Origin: Longimicrobiales bacterium
GTDB taxonomy: Bacteria > Gemmatimonadota > Gemmatimonadetes > Longimicrobiales > Gaopeijiaceae
DNA length: 64,000 bases
Assembly: GCA_035464715.1 (NCBI GenBank)
Contig: DATHRY010000059.1
Location: forward strand, 1,823 to 65,822
Direction: 5' to 3'
A program made the translations under genes and the position numbers. Shown here one piece after another: positions 10,118 to 19,813 of the stretch. Position 1 is the stretch's first letter, and each line of letters begins with the position of its first letter. Under the pieces are notes generated by a model. The model had not been told where the DNA came from, searched no databases, and saw only the letters and a program-made list of their open reading frames with translations.

Positions 10118-13100
10118 TCACGCCCTCCAGGGCTGGAAACGGACCTCGGCCAACGTCCCCTCGCCCTCCCGACTCGTCACCGAGACCGACCCCTCCCAGG
10201 ACTCCACGATCCGGCGGACGATGGCCAGGCCGAGGCCCGTCCCGGCGGAGCGCGTGGAGAAGTGCGGCTCGAAGATCCGGCCCAGTAGCTCGGCAGGGAT
10301 TCCGGTGCCTTCGTCCTTGACCCGCATGACCACCGCGTCGTCCCCGTCCCGATCGACCTCCACGGCCACCCTGCCCTCCCCCGGCATCGCCGCACGAGAG
10401 TTCTCGAGGAGGTTCACCAGGACCTCCTTGACCTCCGTCTCCCGGGCCTGGACCAGGGGGGTGTGCTCGTCGACGAGCAGCTCGAATCGCACGGGCCCCT
10501 CCCCCGAACCGTAGAGCGTCATCGTGTCCCGCGTGACCCGGACCAGATCCACGGCTTCGAGTGGGCCTTCCGCCGCCTCCGGGGCCCCGAAACGGGAGAA
10601 CCCCGAAGCGATGGCCGCGAGGCGATCGATCTCCCCGAGCATGGCCTCGGCATTGCGGTCGAGGATCTCGCCGAAGTCCATCCGCTGATCGTCCCACGCC
10701 CGACGAAGGTGCTGGACGCTGAGCTTGATCGGCGTCAGGGGGTTCTTCACCTCGTGGGCCACCTGGCGGGCCATCTCCCCCCACGCCAGGATCCGCTCCG
10801 AGCGCAGCTCGTCGGTGACGTCCTCCACGCTCATCACCACGCCCGAGTCCTGAGGGCCCTCGCGGGTGATGCGCCGGGCCTGGATCCGGAGGCGGCGCTC
10901 CCCGACCTGGGCCTCCGTGCCTCCCTCCAGGAGCCCGTCGCGCATGATGCGGTGCAGCCACTCCACGACCTCGCCCGAGGCGGCGTCACCCGCCTCCAGG
11001 GGCTCCCCTTCCCGGATCTCCAACTGGAGCAGCGCGCGGGCCCGGGCATTCGCCAGCACGACCTCGCCCTCGGGGTCGAGCGCCACGACCCCGGTGGCCA
11101 CGTCTTCGACGATGGCACGGGTCCGGCGGGTGTTCCGGACCAGGCTCCGTCGGGCCCGCCGCAGTCGCCGCACCATGCGGTTGAAGGCGTGGAACACGGT
11201 CCCGAACTCGTCGGACCGATCCGTCGGCAGGCGCATGCCGAGGTTGCCGGAGCCGACCCGCTCCGAGGCGATACGGAGCGCCTGGATGGGCCGGGCCAGC
11301 GCCTGCCCCACCAGAAGGGCGAGCACGAGGGAGAGCCCCAGGCCGGCGACCAGCGCGAACCCGAGGAGGTGGGCCACCTCCCGGCTCTGGAACGCGGTCG
11401 CGCCCGTCTCCAGGGGCACGGGCGCCCCGAGGATGTCCCCGTCCACCAACCGGCGGTACGCCGTGACGTAGGCCCAGTCCCCCACCCGGGTCGGGACCGC
11501 CTCCATGAGGACCTCCCGCTCCGACAGCGCCGAGTAGAGCGGATACGGCACCCAGCCCTCGTACAGGCCCAGCTCCACCAAGGGCTCCAGCGAACCTTCC
11601 CACAACGCCCCGTCACGGTACTCCAGAAGGTCGGCGTCCACCCGCTGAGCCAGAAGCTCGATCACCCCCGAGACCTCCTCGTACGACATCGCCGCTTCGT
11701 TCACCAGCCGCTCCGAAAGCACCTGTGCCGCACGCTGCGAGGCGCCGACGATGGTCCGGTACGCCAGGGTGCCGAAGATCAGGTTGGACAGGGCGAAGAA
11801 GGCGAAGAGGGCGACGGTGACACGGGCCCTGAAGGACCGGAAAACGCCCAGGCTCTCCCGGAGCACGGGCCCGGAAAGGCCCCGCAACGCCCGTCCGGCG
11901 GCCCAGGGGAGCCCCGAGAGGAGGAGCACCAGGAGCATCATCAGGGTGGCCCGGGCCACCGCGACCAGCCCCCCGGGGAGCTCGACCTCGTAGTGGGCGT
12001 GGTACAGGGCGTCCGGGTAGGCCAGGGCCAGCTCCCCACGCCACCCCGAGGCCGTCCGTATCCACTCCAGCGTGTCCCGCCCCGACGGCTCACCGGGCAG
12101 CAGGGGCACCAGGGTCAGGGGCGGCCCGCGCTCTTCCTCGAGGCTCCCGAACAGTGGTCCGAGGAGAAGCTCGCTCCCCCCGTCCCGGACCGGCGGAACG
12201 ACCCCGGTGGCGACCCACCCCTCGTCCAGGAGCGGCACCTGCACGGCGTAATGCGCATCGGCCCGCTCGTACCGGAGGACCTGGAAGGTGTCTGCCACGG
12301 GGGAGACGCTCAGCGCGTTCGCCACCCCGGGCCGCACCGACGTCGACATGCCGATGCGGAGGTCCTCCCGGGGCAGGCCGCCCTCGGTCCAGAGGGTCAG
12401 CCAGATCGGATACGACGCCTCGGCCAGGCCCGACCCTCGCCACGCCCCGTACAGCATCTCCACGGGGCGCACACCCTCGGCGGAGAGGGAGTCCAGCGAT
12501 CGGGCCAGCCGCGTCAGGAGGAACTCCAGGTAGGGATCCTCCTGCACCCCGAGGCGCTCGACCTGGGCCTCGGCCAGCGTCATGCGGGCTTCGATCCGCC
12601 CCCCCCACAGGTAGGGGACCGCTGCGCCACCCCCCAGGAGACCCGCCGCGAGCCATACCAGTCCCGTGGACCGTCGGAGACGGGCCAGCCCCGGACCGCC
12701 CCAGAGGAGGAGGGGGACGCCCCACACGGCCAGGGCCGCGGCCGGCAGGCCGGGACCCAGGCCCGCGGCCACGGCGGCCAGGAGGGGGAGTAGGACCAGG
12801 ACGGCCCACCCTGCGGCGGCCCGGAGATCGCTCGCCTCGTGGAGGTCCGCCACGAGGAGCCGCTGGAGGAGCCAGCTCACCAGCGTCATCGCGACACCCA
12901 GCGACAGGACGACAGGGAGCCACGCGTCGTCGGGACCCGCCAGTACGTCGGCGCTGACGCTCCCCCGCCAGGCGGCGCCCAGGACCGGGAACAGAACCGC
13001 GACACACGCCGCGACCGCCCAGGCGGGCAGGACCCGGGGCGGGCGCGTCAGCCCCAGCGCCACGCCCACCGCCGCCAGGAGGACGAGCCACCGGATCAGC

Positions 13101-14107
13101 GGCAGGTCCCGGAGGAGGAAGGCGGCGGGGCTGGCGAGGTCCGAGTTGGGGACCAGGGCCTCGGCGGGGAGGAGGAGTGCCAGCGCCAGGCCCGTACCCA
13201 CCGCCCAGGGGATCCTCGCGGGCCCGGGGACGAGCGCCAGGATGATCCAGGCCAGAACGACGCCCACCGTCCCCCATACGCTCGACCATCGGTCCAGGGC
13301 CCGGAGTCGGGCCGCCTCGGTCGGCCGCTCCACGGAGACGCTCAGGAGGGGCTGGTCCTCCCAGTTCAGGTCGTAGACCCCCGCCCCTTCCCCGACCCGG
13401 TCCGGTCGCTGGATCCGGATCCTCGCCCCGGTCTCCTCCTCGAATCGTGACTCGAAGTCCCCTGCGGCCCGGCGTACCCCCTCGGGCAGGTCGGAGCGGA
13501 GGAGCGCCGCAACCATGGCGGTCCCCGCGCCCGCCGGCGCGGTGGCGTACAGGTAGCCCGCCAGCGGAAGATCCTGGTAGAAGAAGGCCATGTTCCCCAT
13601 AGCGACCGCTTCCGGGACCCGCCCGCGGTGCTCCCCGTCCCAGACCACCAGCCGGCCCGTCGCGTCGAAGATGGCCGCCGCGTGGAATCCTCGACCACGT
13701 CGGAGCCTGGACACCTCCCGGTGGGTGGGTGGATTGCCGTCGGCCACGAGACCGGCCAGTGTGTTGGCGGCCTCGGGACCCCCGTCCAGGAAGGGGGCCA
13801 GCGCCTCCTGGAGCTCCTCCAGGATCCGCTCCTCCTCCCGGGCCCACTCCCCGGGCCAGTCCGTACGGACACGTCGCCGGGCATCGAGCTGGAGGAAGCC
13901 GATCGCGGTGGTGGCCAGCAGAAGAACCAGGGCAAGGGAACGGAGAGATCGCTTGGGACGGCCGGAGAGCAGCGCCAGGACCACGAGGGCCGACGCAACG
14001 AAGAGGGACGCAGGCCCGGGCCAGGCGGCCCAGACCCCGACGGACAACAGCGCCAACCATGGCGCCATGGCACCGGCCGACGCCCCCCGCGGCAGCAGCT
14101 CCTTCAC
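10118..14107 (-). CDS. NtrY-like sensor histidine kinase with a roughly 900-aa polytopic N-terminal sensor region
   Basis: The C-terminal 430 aa read HAMP (DEFGTVFHAFNRMVRRL), PAS, HisKA (AHEVKNPLTPIKLSVQHL) and HATPase_c (NLLENSRAA, DEGTGIP, GTGLGLAIV). The N-terminus has many TM helices. The start is either GTG 14107 or ATG 14068. Confidence 0.85.
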   Translation of the reverse strand: MKELLPRGASAGAMAPWLALLSVGVWAAWPGPASLFVASALVVLALLSGRPKRSLRSLALVLLLATTAIGFLQLDARRRVRTDWPGEWAREEERILEELQEALAPFLDGGPEAANTLAGLVADGNPPTHREVSRLRRGRGFHAAAIFDATGRLVVWDGEHRGRVPEAVAMGNMAFFYQDLPLAGYLYATAPAGAGTAMVAALLRSDLPEGVRRAAGDFESRFEEETGARIRIQRPDRVGEGAGVYDLNWEDQPLLSVSVERPTEAARLRALDRWSSVWGTVGVVLAWIILALVPGPARIPWAVGTGLALALLLPAEALVPNSDLASPAAFLLRDLPLIRWLVLLAAVGVALGLTRPPRVLPAWAVAACVAVLFPVLGAAWRGSVSADVLAGPDDAWLPVVLSLGVAMTLVSWLLQRLLVADLHEASDLRAAAGWAVLVLLPLLAAVAAGLGPGLPAAALAVWGVPLLLWGGPGLARLRRSTGLVWLAAGLLGGGAAVPYLWGGRIEARMTLAEAQVERLGVQEDPYLEFLLTRLARSLDSLSAEGVRPVEMLYGAWRGSGLAEASYPIWLTLWTEGGLPREDLRIGMSTSVRPGVANALSVSPVADTFQVLRYERADAHYAVQVPLLDEGWVATGVVPPVRDGGSELLLGPLFGSLEEERGPPLTLVPLLPGEPSGRDTLEWIRTASGWRGELALAYPDALYHAHYEVELPGGLVAVARATLMMLLVLLLSGLPWAAGRALRGLSGPVLRESLGVFRSFRARVTVALFAFFALSNLIFGTLAYRTIVGASQRAAQVLSERLVNEAAMSYEEVSGVIELLAQRVDADLLEYRDGALWEGSLEPLVELGLYEGWVPYPLYSALSEREVLMEAVPTRVGDWAYVTAYRRLVDGDILGAPVPLETGATAFQSREVAHLLGFALVAGLGLSLVLALLVGQALARPIQALRIASERVGSGNLGMRLPTDRSDEFGTVFHAFNRMVRRLRRARRSLVRNTRRTRAIVEDVATGVVALDPEGEVVLANARARALLQLEIREGEPLEAGDAASGEVVEWLHRIMRDGLLEGGTEAQVGERRLRIQARRITREGPQDSGVVMSVEDVTDELRSERILAWGEMARQVAHEVKNPLTPIKLSVQHLRRAWDDQRMDFGEILDRNAEAMLGEIDRLAAIASGFSRFGAPEAAEGPLEAVDLVRVTRDTMTLYGSGEGPVRFELLVDEHTPLVQARETEVKEVLVNLLENSRAAMPGEGRVAVEVDRDGDDAVVMRVKDEGTGIPAELLGRIFEPHFSTRSAGTGLGLAIVRRIVESWEGSVSVTSREGEGTLAEVRFQPWRA

Positions 14108-14119
14108 CCGACGTCGCCC

Positions 14120-14872
14120 ATGTCCCTAGCGCCTCCCTTCCTGGAACGGATGCCCTGGCCCCTGATTCGGGATACCCTGGCCCGGGATCCGAGGCTCCTC
14201 ATGGCGGTCGGTGCCCTGGAGCAGGCCGGACCGCACCTCCCCCTCGGGACGACGACCCACATCGCCGGCGCCGTGGTGGACGAGGTGGCGCGAAGAACGG
14301 GAATCCTCCGGGCCCCACCCTTCCCCTACGGAGTGACCCTGAAGGGCTCCGAGGCTTTCGCAGGGACCGCCGGTCTGCGCCGCAAGACCTTCCACAGGGC
14401 CGTGAACGAGCTCCTGGCGGACTGGGAGGATCACGGGGTACGGGAGTTCATCCTGGTGACCAACCACCCCTCGGCTCCGCACCTGGAGGCCCTCCTGATG
14501 GCCCTGACCGCCGACGCCGTCACCACCGTCTTCGATCTTCCCACGATCGACATCCGGGATCTCGTGGACGGAGACCCGGGGCTGGAGCACGGCGGTGAAG
14601 TCGAAACGTCCCTCCTCCTTCATCTCCTCCCCGAGGCGGTATCGATGGAGAGTGCGCGAGACCTGGGCCCCACGCCGGCGGCGACCCGAAGGTATCGCCG
14701 CGGACTCCACCCGACACCCCCGTCCGACGGACCGGGCCTCATGGGCTTCCCCAGCCGGGCCGACGCCGCGAAAGGGGCGGCGATCTTCCGACGCTATGTG
14801 GAGGTCGTGGCGGACTTTCTGCGGGTAGACCGCGGATCGTCCCCCGAAGGGGACGGGTACCAGAAACCATGA
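14120..14872 (+). CDS. Creatininase-family amidohydrolase
   Basis: Contains LEQAGPHLPLGTTTHIA, FILVTNHPS and LEHGGEVETSLLLHL, which match creatininase-fold metal-ligand motifs. Internal ATG at 14120 of the ORF 13628-14872. Confidence 0.65.
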   Translation: MSLAPPFLERMPWPLIRDTLARDPRLLMAVGALEQAGPHLPLGTTTHIAGAVVDEVARRTGILRAPPFPYGVTLKGSEAFAGTAGLRRKTFHRAVNELLADWEDHGVREFILVTNHPSAPHLEALLMALTADAVTTVFDLPTIDIRDLVDGDPGLEHGGEVETSLLLHLLPEAVSMESARDLGPTPAATRRYRRGLHPTPPSDGPGLMGFPSRADAAKGAAIFRRYVEVVADFLRVDRGSSPEGDGYQKP

Positions 14873-15621
14873 CTTCCACGACGATGTCGACGGCTCCCAC
14901 CGTCCCGGCTCCCGCAGCTCCCCTCGCCGCTCCTCCCAGGCGGTCCCGGTTGTCTGCGCTCATGCTCCTCGCGGCGGCTACGTCGATCCCGGCCGCCGGG
15001 GCCGAGGCCCAGGTGGTTCCCCTGGACGAAGCGACGTTCCAGCTCTCCCGGAACGGGAGCCCGGTGGGCCAGGAGCGGATCACGATCCATCGGCTGGGGC
15101 TCGGGCAGGACGCCCGGATCCTCGGACAGTCGGAGATCGTGATGAACGACGGGTCCCAGCTGCGTCCCCGCCTCGAGGCCGGGACGGATCTGCGGGCGTC
15201 GTCGTACCAGAACGAGTTCACCGGGGCGGCGTCCGGTGAGGTGATCGTGTCCCGGGTCGGCCGGCGCCTGGTGGCCCGGAGCAGCTCCGCGGCGGGGGAG
15301 TCCCAGCGGGAGTATCCGGCGTCGGACCGCACCGCCATCCTCGAACCCGAGGTGGCCCTGCTCTACTACTTCCTGCAGCCCTGGGCCGGCAGCGACACCG
15401 ACCTTACCATCCTCGATCCCCGTGCGGGGTCCAGGCAGACCCTGACGCTGCGCCTCATGGGGCCGGAAGAGGTCCGCGTCGGTCGGAATCCGATCCAGGC
15501 GCGGCACCTGCGCCTCGAGGGCCCGGACGCCCGGATGGACGTGTGGATGGACGACGAGGGCCGAGTGCTCCGGGTGGAGGTCCCCGCCTCCGGCTACCGC
15601 GCAGAGCGGCTCCCCGGTTGA
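14869..15621 (+). CDS. Secreted hypothetical protein
   Basis: ATGA overlap with the upstream gene. Signal-like LSALMLLAAATSIPAAGAEAQ, then a beta-rich composition. No family recognised. Confidence 0.55.
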   Translation: MTSTTMSTAPTVPAPAAPLAAPPRRSRLSALMLLAAATSIPAAGAEAQVVPLDEATFQLSRNGSPVGQERITIHRLGLGQDARILGQSEIVMNDGSQLRPRLEAGTDLRASSYQNEFTGAASGEVIVSRVGRRLVARSSSAAGESQREYPASDRTAILEPEVALLYYFLQPWAGSDTDLTILDPRAGSRQTLTLRLMGPEEVRVGRNPIQARHLRLEGPDARMDVWMDDEGRVLRVEVPASGYRAERLPG

Positions 15622-15756
15622 GGCGCTGCGTGTGAAGAGGGTTGGGGGCGATCTCCGTAGAGTTGGTACGCCCGCCGGAAAGTGAGAAACTCCGGGACGG
15701 GGAGGCCCGTACGGCCCCCCATCCCGCCCCACCCGCAGAACAACCATGGAGCGCCC

Positions 15757-17256
15757 GTGTTCCGACGACTCCGCGGACTCGTCGTCCTGGCCCTCGTCCT
15801 GGTCCCCGGGACGATCTCGGCGCAGTCCGTACCGGGTTCCCTGAGCCTCGCAGAGGCCATGGAGCTCGCCCGCCTCAACAACCCCGCCTTCCTGGCCTCC
15901 CAGAACGACGTCCGCGTCGCGGACTGGGACGTGAGATCCGCCTACGGGGCCTGGTTTCCGTCGGCCAGCGTGTCCGGCGGGCTGGGATGGCAGGGTCAGG
16001 GAGAGCAGGTCCTGGCCGGTGCCCTCACCGCCAGCCAGCTCGGGCTGGGCGCTCAGCCCGACTACTACTCGAGCTCGTGGCGGGCGGGACTCAACTGGTC
16101 GTTCGACGGGCGAACCCTCTTCGCCCCGTCCCAGGCGAAGGCGTCGCGCGAGGCGACGGAGGCACGGGTCCTCGAAGCCCAGATCGCCATGGAGACGGAG
16201 ATCACCCGGCTCTACCTGGATGTCCTGCGGCAGGACGAGGCGGTGATCCTGGCGGAACAGCAGCTCGAGCGGGCCAGCTTCAACCTCCGTCTCGCCGAGG
16301 CCCAGGCCGAGGTGGGTACGGCCACACTCCTCGACGTGCGTCAGGCCGAGGTCCAGGTGGGTCGGGCCGAGGTGGCGGGGCTGGTGGCCCAGAACAACCG
16401 GGCCACGGCGCGGCTCCGGCTCCTCCAGGAGGTCGGAGTGGACCCGGCTCAGGACGTCGCCCTCACGACCACCTTCCAGCTCGAGGAACCGGTCTATGAC
16501 GGCGACGCCCTGTTCCAGGAGGCCCTGGAGCTGAATCCCACGCTCCTCGCCCTGCGGGAGTCCCGGGAGGCCTCCGGCGTCGGCGTGAAGATCGCACGTT
16601 CGGCGTACTTCCCGACCATGAGCCTCTCGGCGGGGGTCTCGGGCTTCGCCCGGGAGGCGTCGGACCCGTCCTCCCTGATCGCCCAGGCCCAGTCCGGCGT
16701 GGCCTCCCAGGCCGCACAGTGCGAGGCGACCAACGACCTCTACTCCCGCTTGGCCGATCCCCTGCCGGCGCTGGACTGCTCCCGCTACGTGTTCACCGAC
16801 GAGCAGCGCCGGGCCATCGTCGACAACAACAACGCCGTGCCCTTCGACTTCACCCGCCAGCCGCCCTCGGCGAGCCTCTCGGTCTCCATCCCGGTCTTCC
16901 AGGGCCTCAGCCGCCAGCGGAACCTGGAGGCGGCCCGGGTCCAGGAGGAGGACATCCGACTCGAGCTCCGGTCCCAGGAGATCGCCCTGCGGGCGTCGCT
17001 CACGGCGGCGCTGGGACAGGTGAGCACCGCCTACGCCGCCGCGCTCATCGAGCAGCGGAACGTGGCGCTGTCCGACGAGCAGCTCCGCCTGGCCCGGGAG
17101 CGCTACCAGATCGGCGCGATCTCCTTCGTGGAGCTGGTGGACGCCGAGACGGTCAAGGCCGAGGCGGACCGTGACCTGGTGGCCGCGGTCTATGCCTACC
17201 ACGATGCCGTGACCACCCTGGAGGCCGCCCTTGGGCGTCCTCTGCGCGCACGCTGA
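15757..17256 (+). CDS. TolC-family outer-membrane efflux protein
   Basis: Signal peptide FRRLRGLVVLALVLVPGTISAQ and the typical start SLSLAEAMELARLNNPAFLA. Duplicated OEP repeat architecture ending in DAVTTLEAALG. The start is GTG 15757 or ATG 15682. Confidence 0.85.
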   Translation: MFRRLRGLVVLALVLVPGTISAQSVPGSLSLAEAMELARLNNPAFLASQNDVRVADWDVRSAYGAWFPSASVSGGLGWQGQGEQVLAGALTASQLGLGAQPDYYSSSWRAGLNWSFDGRTLFAPSQAKASREATEARVLEAQIAMETEITRLYLDVLRQDEAVILAEQQLERASFNLRLAEAQAEVGTATLLDVRQAEVQVGRAEVAGLVAQNNRATARLRLLQEVGVDPAQDVALTTTFQLEEPVYDGDALFQEALELNPTLLALRESREASGVGVKIARSAYFPTMSLSAGVSGFAREASDPSSLIAQAQSGVASQAAQCEATNDLYSRLADPLPALDCSRYVFTDEQRRAIVDNNNAVPFDFTRQPPSASLSVSIPVFQGLSRQRNLEAARVQEEDIRLELRSQEIALRASLTAALGQVSTAYAAALIEQRNVALSDEQLRLARERYQIGAISFVELVDAETVKAEADRDLVAAVYAYHDAVTTLEAALGRPLRAR

Positions 17257-17292
17257 TCCCTCTTCCCGACAAACACGAGAAGCCGACCTGAC

Positions 17293-18555
17293 ATGAGTGG
17301 ACGTGTGAAAGTGGTCATCGGCATGATCGCCGTGGTGGTCCTCGGATCCGCTGCACTTATCGCCCTTCAACAGGGTCGGTCCGGGGGGGTCGAGGTCCGT
17401 CTGGAGGCGATCCAGTCCCGGGACCTGGTGGCCAAGGTCATCGCAAGCGGAAACATCCGAGCGCGGCGGCAGGTGGACATGTCCTCGGACGTGTCCGCCC
17501 GGGTCCAGAACCTCTACGTGGCCGAAGGGGACGAAGTCTCCGCCGGGGACATCCTCATCGAGCTGGATCGAACCCAATTCGAGGCCAACCTGTCCAGGGC
17601 CCAGGCGAGCCTGAGCCAGAGTCGGGCCAATGCGTCCCAGAACCGGGCCAACCTCCTCCGTGCGCAGCGGGAGTCGGACCGCGTCCAGGCCCTGCGAGCC
17701 CGGGACTCCCTCCTGGTCAGCCAACAGCAGGTGGACGACGCCGAGACGAATCTCCAGGTGGCGGAAGCCAACATGGAGGCGGCCCAGTTCGCGGTGGAGC
17801 AGGCCGTGGCCGGTGTCGACGAGGCGCAGGACCGTCTGGACCGGACGATCTTCCGGGCGCCCATGGACGGGAAGGTCACACGCCTGAACGTGGAAGAGGG
17901 CGAGACCGTGGTGGTCGGGACGATGAACAATCCCGGGAGCCTCGTCCTCTCGATCTCGGACCTCTCGGTGATCGAGGTGGTGGTGCGGGTGGACGAGACC
18001 GACGTGCCCCTGCTCACCCTGGGCGACTCGGCGTCCGTGGAGATCGACGCCTTCCCCGGGCGGTCCTTCGCAGGCGAGGTCACCGAGATCGGGAACAGTG
18101 CCATCCAGGCCCCCTCCCAGCAGTCCGGGGCGCAGCAGGCCATCGACTTCGAGGTGGTGCTGACGCTGGATCCCACGGACGCCGAGCTCCGCCCCGATCT
18201 GTCGGCGACAGCCGATATCGTCACGGAGACCCGCTCGGGAGCGGTGGCGGTGCCCATCATCGCCCTGACGCTGCGGGACGCCGAAGACGTGGGGATCGAG
18301 GTCCCCGACGACGTCGACGACCCCCTGCTACGGGAGGTGGAGGGCGTCTTCCTTGCCGCCGGGGACACCGTGGCGTTCCAGCTGGTGGAGGTCGGGATCG
18401 CCGGCGAGGAGTACTTCGAGGTGCTGTCCGGACTGCAGCCCGGTGACACGGTCGTGGCCGGCCCCTACCAGGCCGTCCGCCAGTTGCGGACCGGCGACGT
18501 GGTGCGACCGATGGCCACTGCCCTGGCGGGTGGATCGGACCCATCCCGGAACTGA
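17293..18555 (+). CDS. HlyD/MacA-family periplasmic adaptor subunit
   Basis: N-terminal TM anchor, lipoyl-like half motifs (V..LYVAEGDEVSAGDILIELD; APMDGKVTRLNVEEGE), a coiled-coil hairpin and a beta-barrel tail. Confidence 0.85.
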   Translation: MSGRVKVVIGMIAVVVLGSAALIALQQGRSGGVEVRLEAIQSRDLVAKVIASGNIRARRQVDMSSDVSARVQNLYVAEGDEVSAGDILIELDRTQFEANLSRAQASLSQSRANASQNRANLLRAQRESDRVQALRARDSLLVSQQQVDDAETNLQVAEANMEAAQFAVEQAVAGVDEAQDRLDRTIFRAPMDGKVTRLNVEEGETVVVGTMNNPGSLVLSISDLSVIEVVVRVDETDVPLLTLGDSASVEIDAFPGRSFAGEVTEIGNSAIQAPSQQSGAQQAIDFEVVLTLDPTDAELRPDLSATADIVTETRSGAVAVPIIALTLRDAEDVGIEVPDDVDDPLLREVEGVFLAAGDTVAFQLVEVGIAGEEYFEVLSGLQPGDTVVAGPYQAVRQLRTGDVVRPMATALAGGSDPSRN

Positions 18556-18571
18556 CGACAGGGATCGCCCG

Positions 18572-19813
18572 ATGAACCTGTGGGAAGGCATCACGCTGGC
18601 CATGACCCAGATCTGGTCGGAGAAGCTGAAGAGCTTCTTCAGCCTGCTGGGTGTGATCATCGGCGTGATGTTCCTGATCGTGGTGGTCAGCGTGGTGGAA
18701 GGGATGGACCGGTACGTCCGGGAGGACTTCTCTTCGCAGATCTTCGGCATCAACACCGTGACCGTCCGGCGCTGGCCGAACGTGAACATCAATACGAGCG
18801 CCGAGGAGTGGCGGCGGCGGCAACGGAACCCCCAGGTGACGCTGGACGACGCCGAGTTCCTCCGGGAGCGGCTGGACTATCCGGTCCGGGTGGGCGCCCT
18901 GACCGACGGGGGCGGGGAGGTCACGCGGGAGAACGGGCGCTCCGTCGAGAACGTCACCTTCGTCGTCTCCACCTACGAGATCTTCCAGATCCGGGACTGG
19001 TCGGTCGAGCGGGGACGCCTCTTCTCCCCGCAGGAGGCCGAACAGGGCGCCGCGGTCGCCGTGCTGGGCTACGAGACCGCCGAGGTGCTCTTCGAAAACC
19101 TCGACCCGCTGGGCCGGACCGTCCGGGTACGGGGCTTTCCCTACCGGGTGATCGGAGTGCTCGAGGAGGAGGGGACCCTTTTCGGGCAGTCCCTCGACAA
19201 CCGGCTGGTGGCTCCGGTGACGTCGCCCCTCGGCCGGGCGCTGGCGCCACGGGGGGTCGTGGAGGACATCGTGGTGCAGGTGGAGGACCCCCTCCTCGTC
19301 CGGCCGGTCCAGGCGGAGATCGAGGGGCTCATGCGGGCCCGGCGACGGCTGCGCCCCTCGGAGCCGACGAACTTCGCCGCGGACACCGCCGACGATTCCC
19401 TGAGCTTCTGGGACAACATCAGCCGCATCCTCTTCACCGCGCTTCCCGGGCTCGTCGGGATCTCCCTCGTGGTCGGGGGAGTGGTGATCATGAACATCAT
19501 GCTGGTGTCGGTGATGGAGCGGACCCGGGAGATCGGAGTGCGGAAGGCGCTGGGGGCCCGGCGCCGGGACATCCTCACCCAGGTGCTGATCGAGTCGGCG
19601 ACCCTGAGCACCGTCGGTGCCGTCTTCGGCGTGTCCGTGGGCATCGGGCTGGCGGGCGTGGTGGCGGCCGTGTCCCCCCTTCCGGCGGCCGTTGCGCCCC
19701 TGTGGGTCACCCTGGGCGTCCTCCTGGGCACCGGGGTGGGGATCGTCGCCGGGGTCTATCCCGCAGCGAAGGCATCCAAGCTCCACCCGGTGGACGCGCT
19801 TCGCTATGAGTGA
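18572..19813 (+). CDS. MacB/FtsX-type ABC transporter permease with no fused ATPase
   Basis: Starts MNLWEGITLAMTQIWSEKLKSFFSLLGVIIGV, followed by a periplasmic domain and a C-terminal FtsX module (MERTREIGVRKALGARRRDI). Confidence 0.85.
   Translation: MNLWEGITLAMTQIWSEKLKSFFSLLGVIIGVMFLIVVVSVVEGMDRYVREDFSSQIFGINTVTVRRWPNVNINTSAEEWRRRQRNPQVTLDDAEFLRERLDYPVRVGALTDGGGEVTRENGRSVENVTFVVSTYEIFQIRDWSVERGRLFSPQEAEQGAAVAVLGYETAEVLFENLDPLGRTVRVRGFPYRVIGVLEEEGTLFGQSLDNRLVAPVTSPLGRALAPRGVVEDIVVQVEDPLLVRPVQAEIEGLMRARRRLRPSEPTNFAADTADDSLSFWDNISRILFTALPGLVGISLVVGGVVIMNIMLVSVMERTREIGVRKALGARRRDILTQVLIESATLSTVGAVFGVSVGIGLAGVVAAVSPLPAAVAPLWVTLGVLLGTGVGIVAGVYPAAKASKLHPVDALRYE

Noticed and set aside
9492-10961. 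The N-terminal 490 codons of the 974-aa ORF that contains the decarboxylase.
   Set aside because: The translation is low-complexity Gly/Arg/Pro. It overlaps the well-supported 152-aa ORF and the histidine-kinase C-terminus in other frames. The decarboxylase family N-terminus begins at the ATG at 9491.
14794-17724. A 976-aa ORF on the minus strand.
   Set aside because: It is antisense to the TolC-like and secreted-protein genes. The translation is Gly/Arg/Pro/His-rich with no motifs, a typical shadow ORF in ~70% GC DNA.
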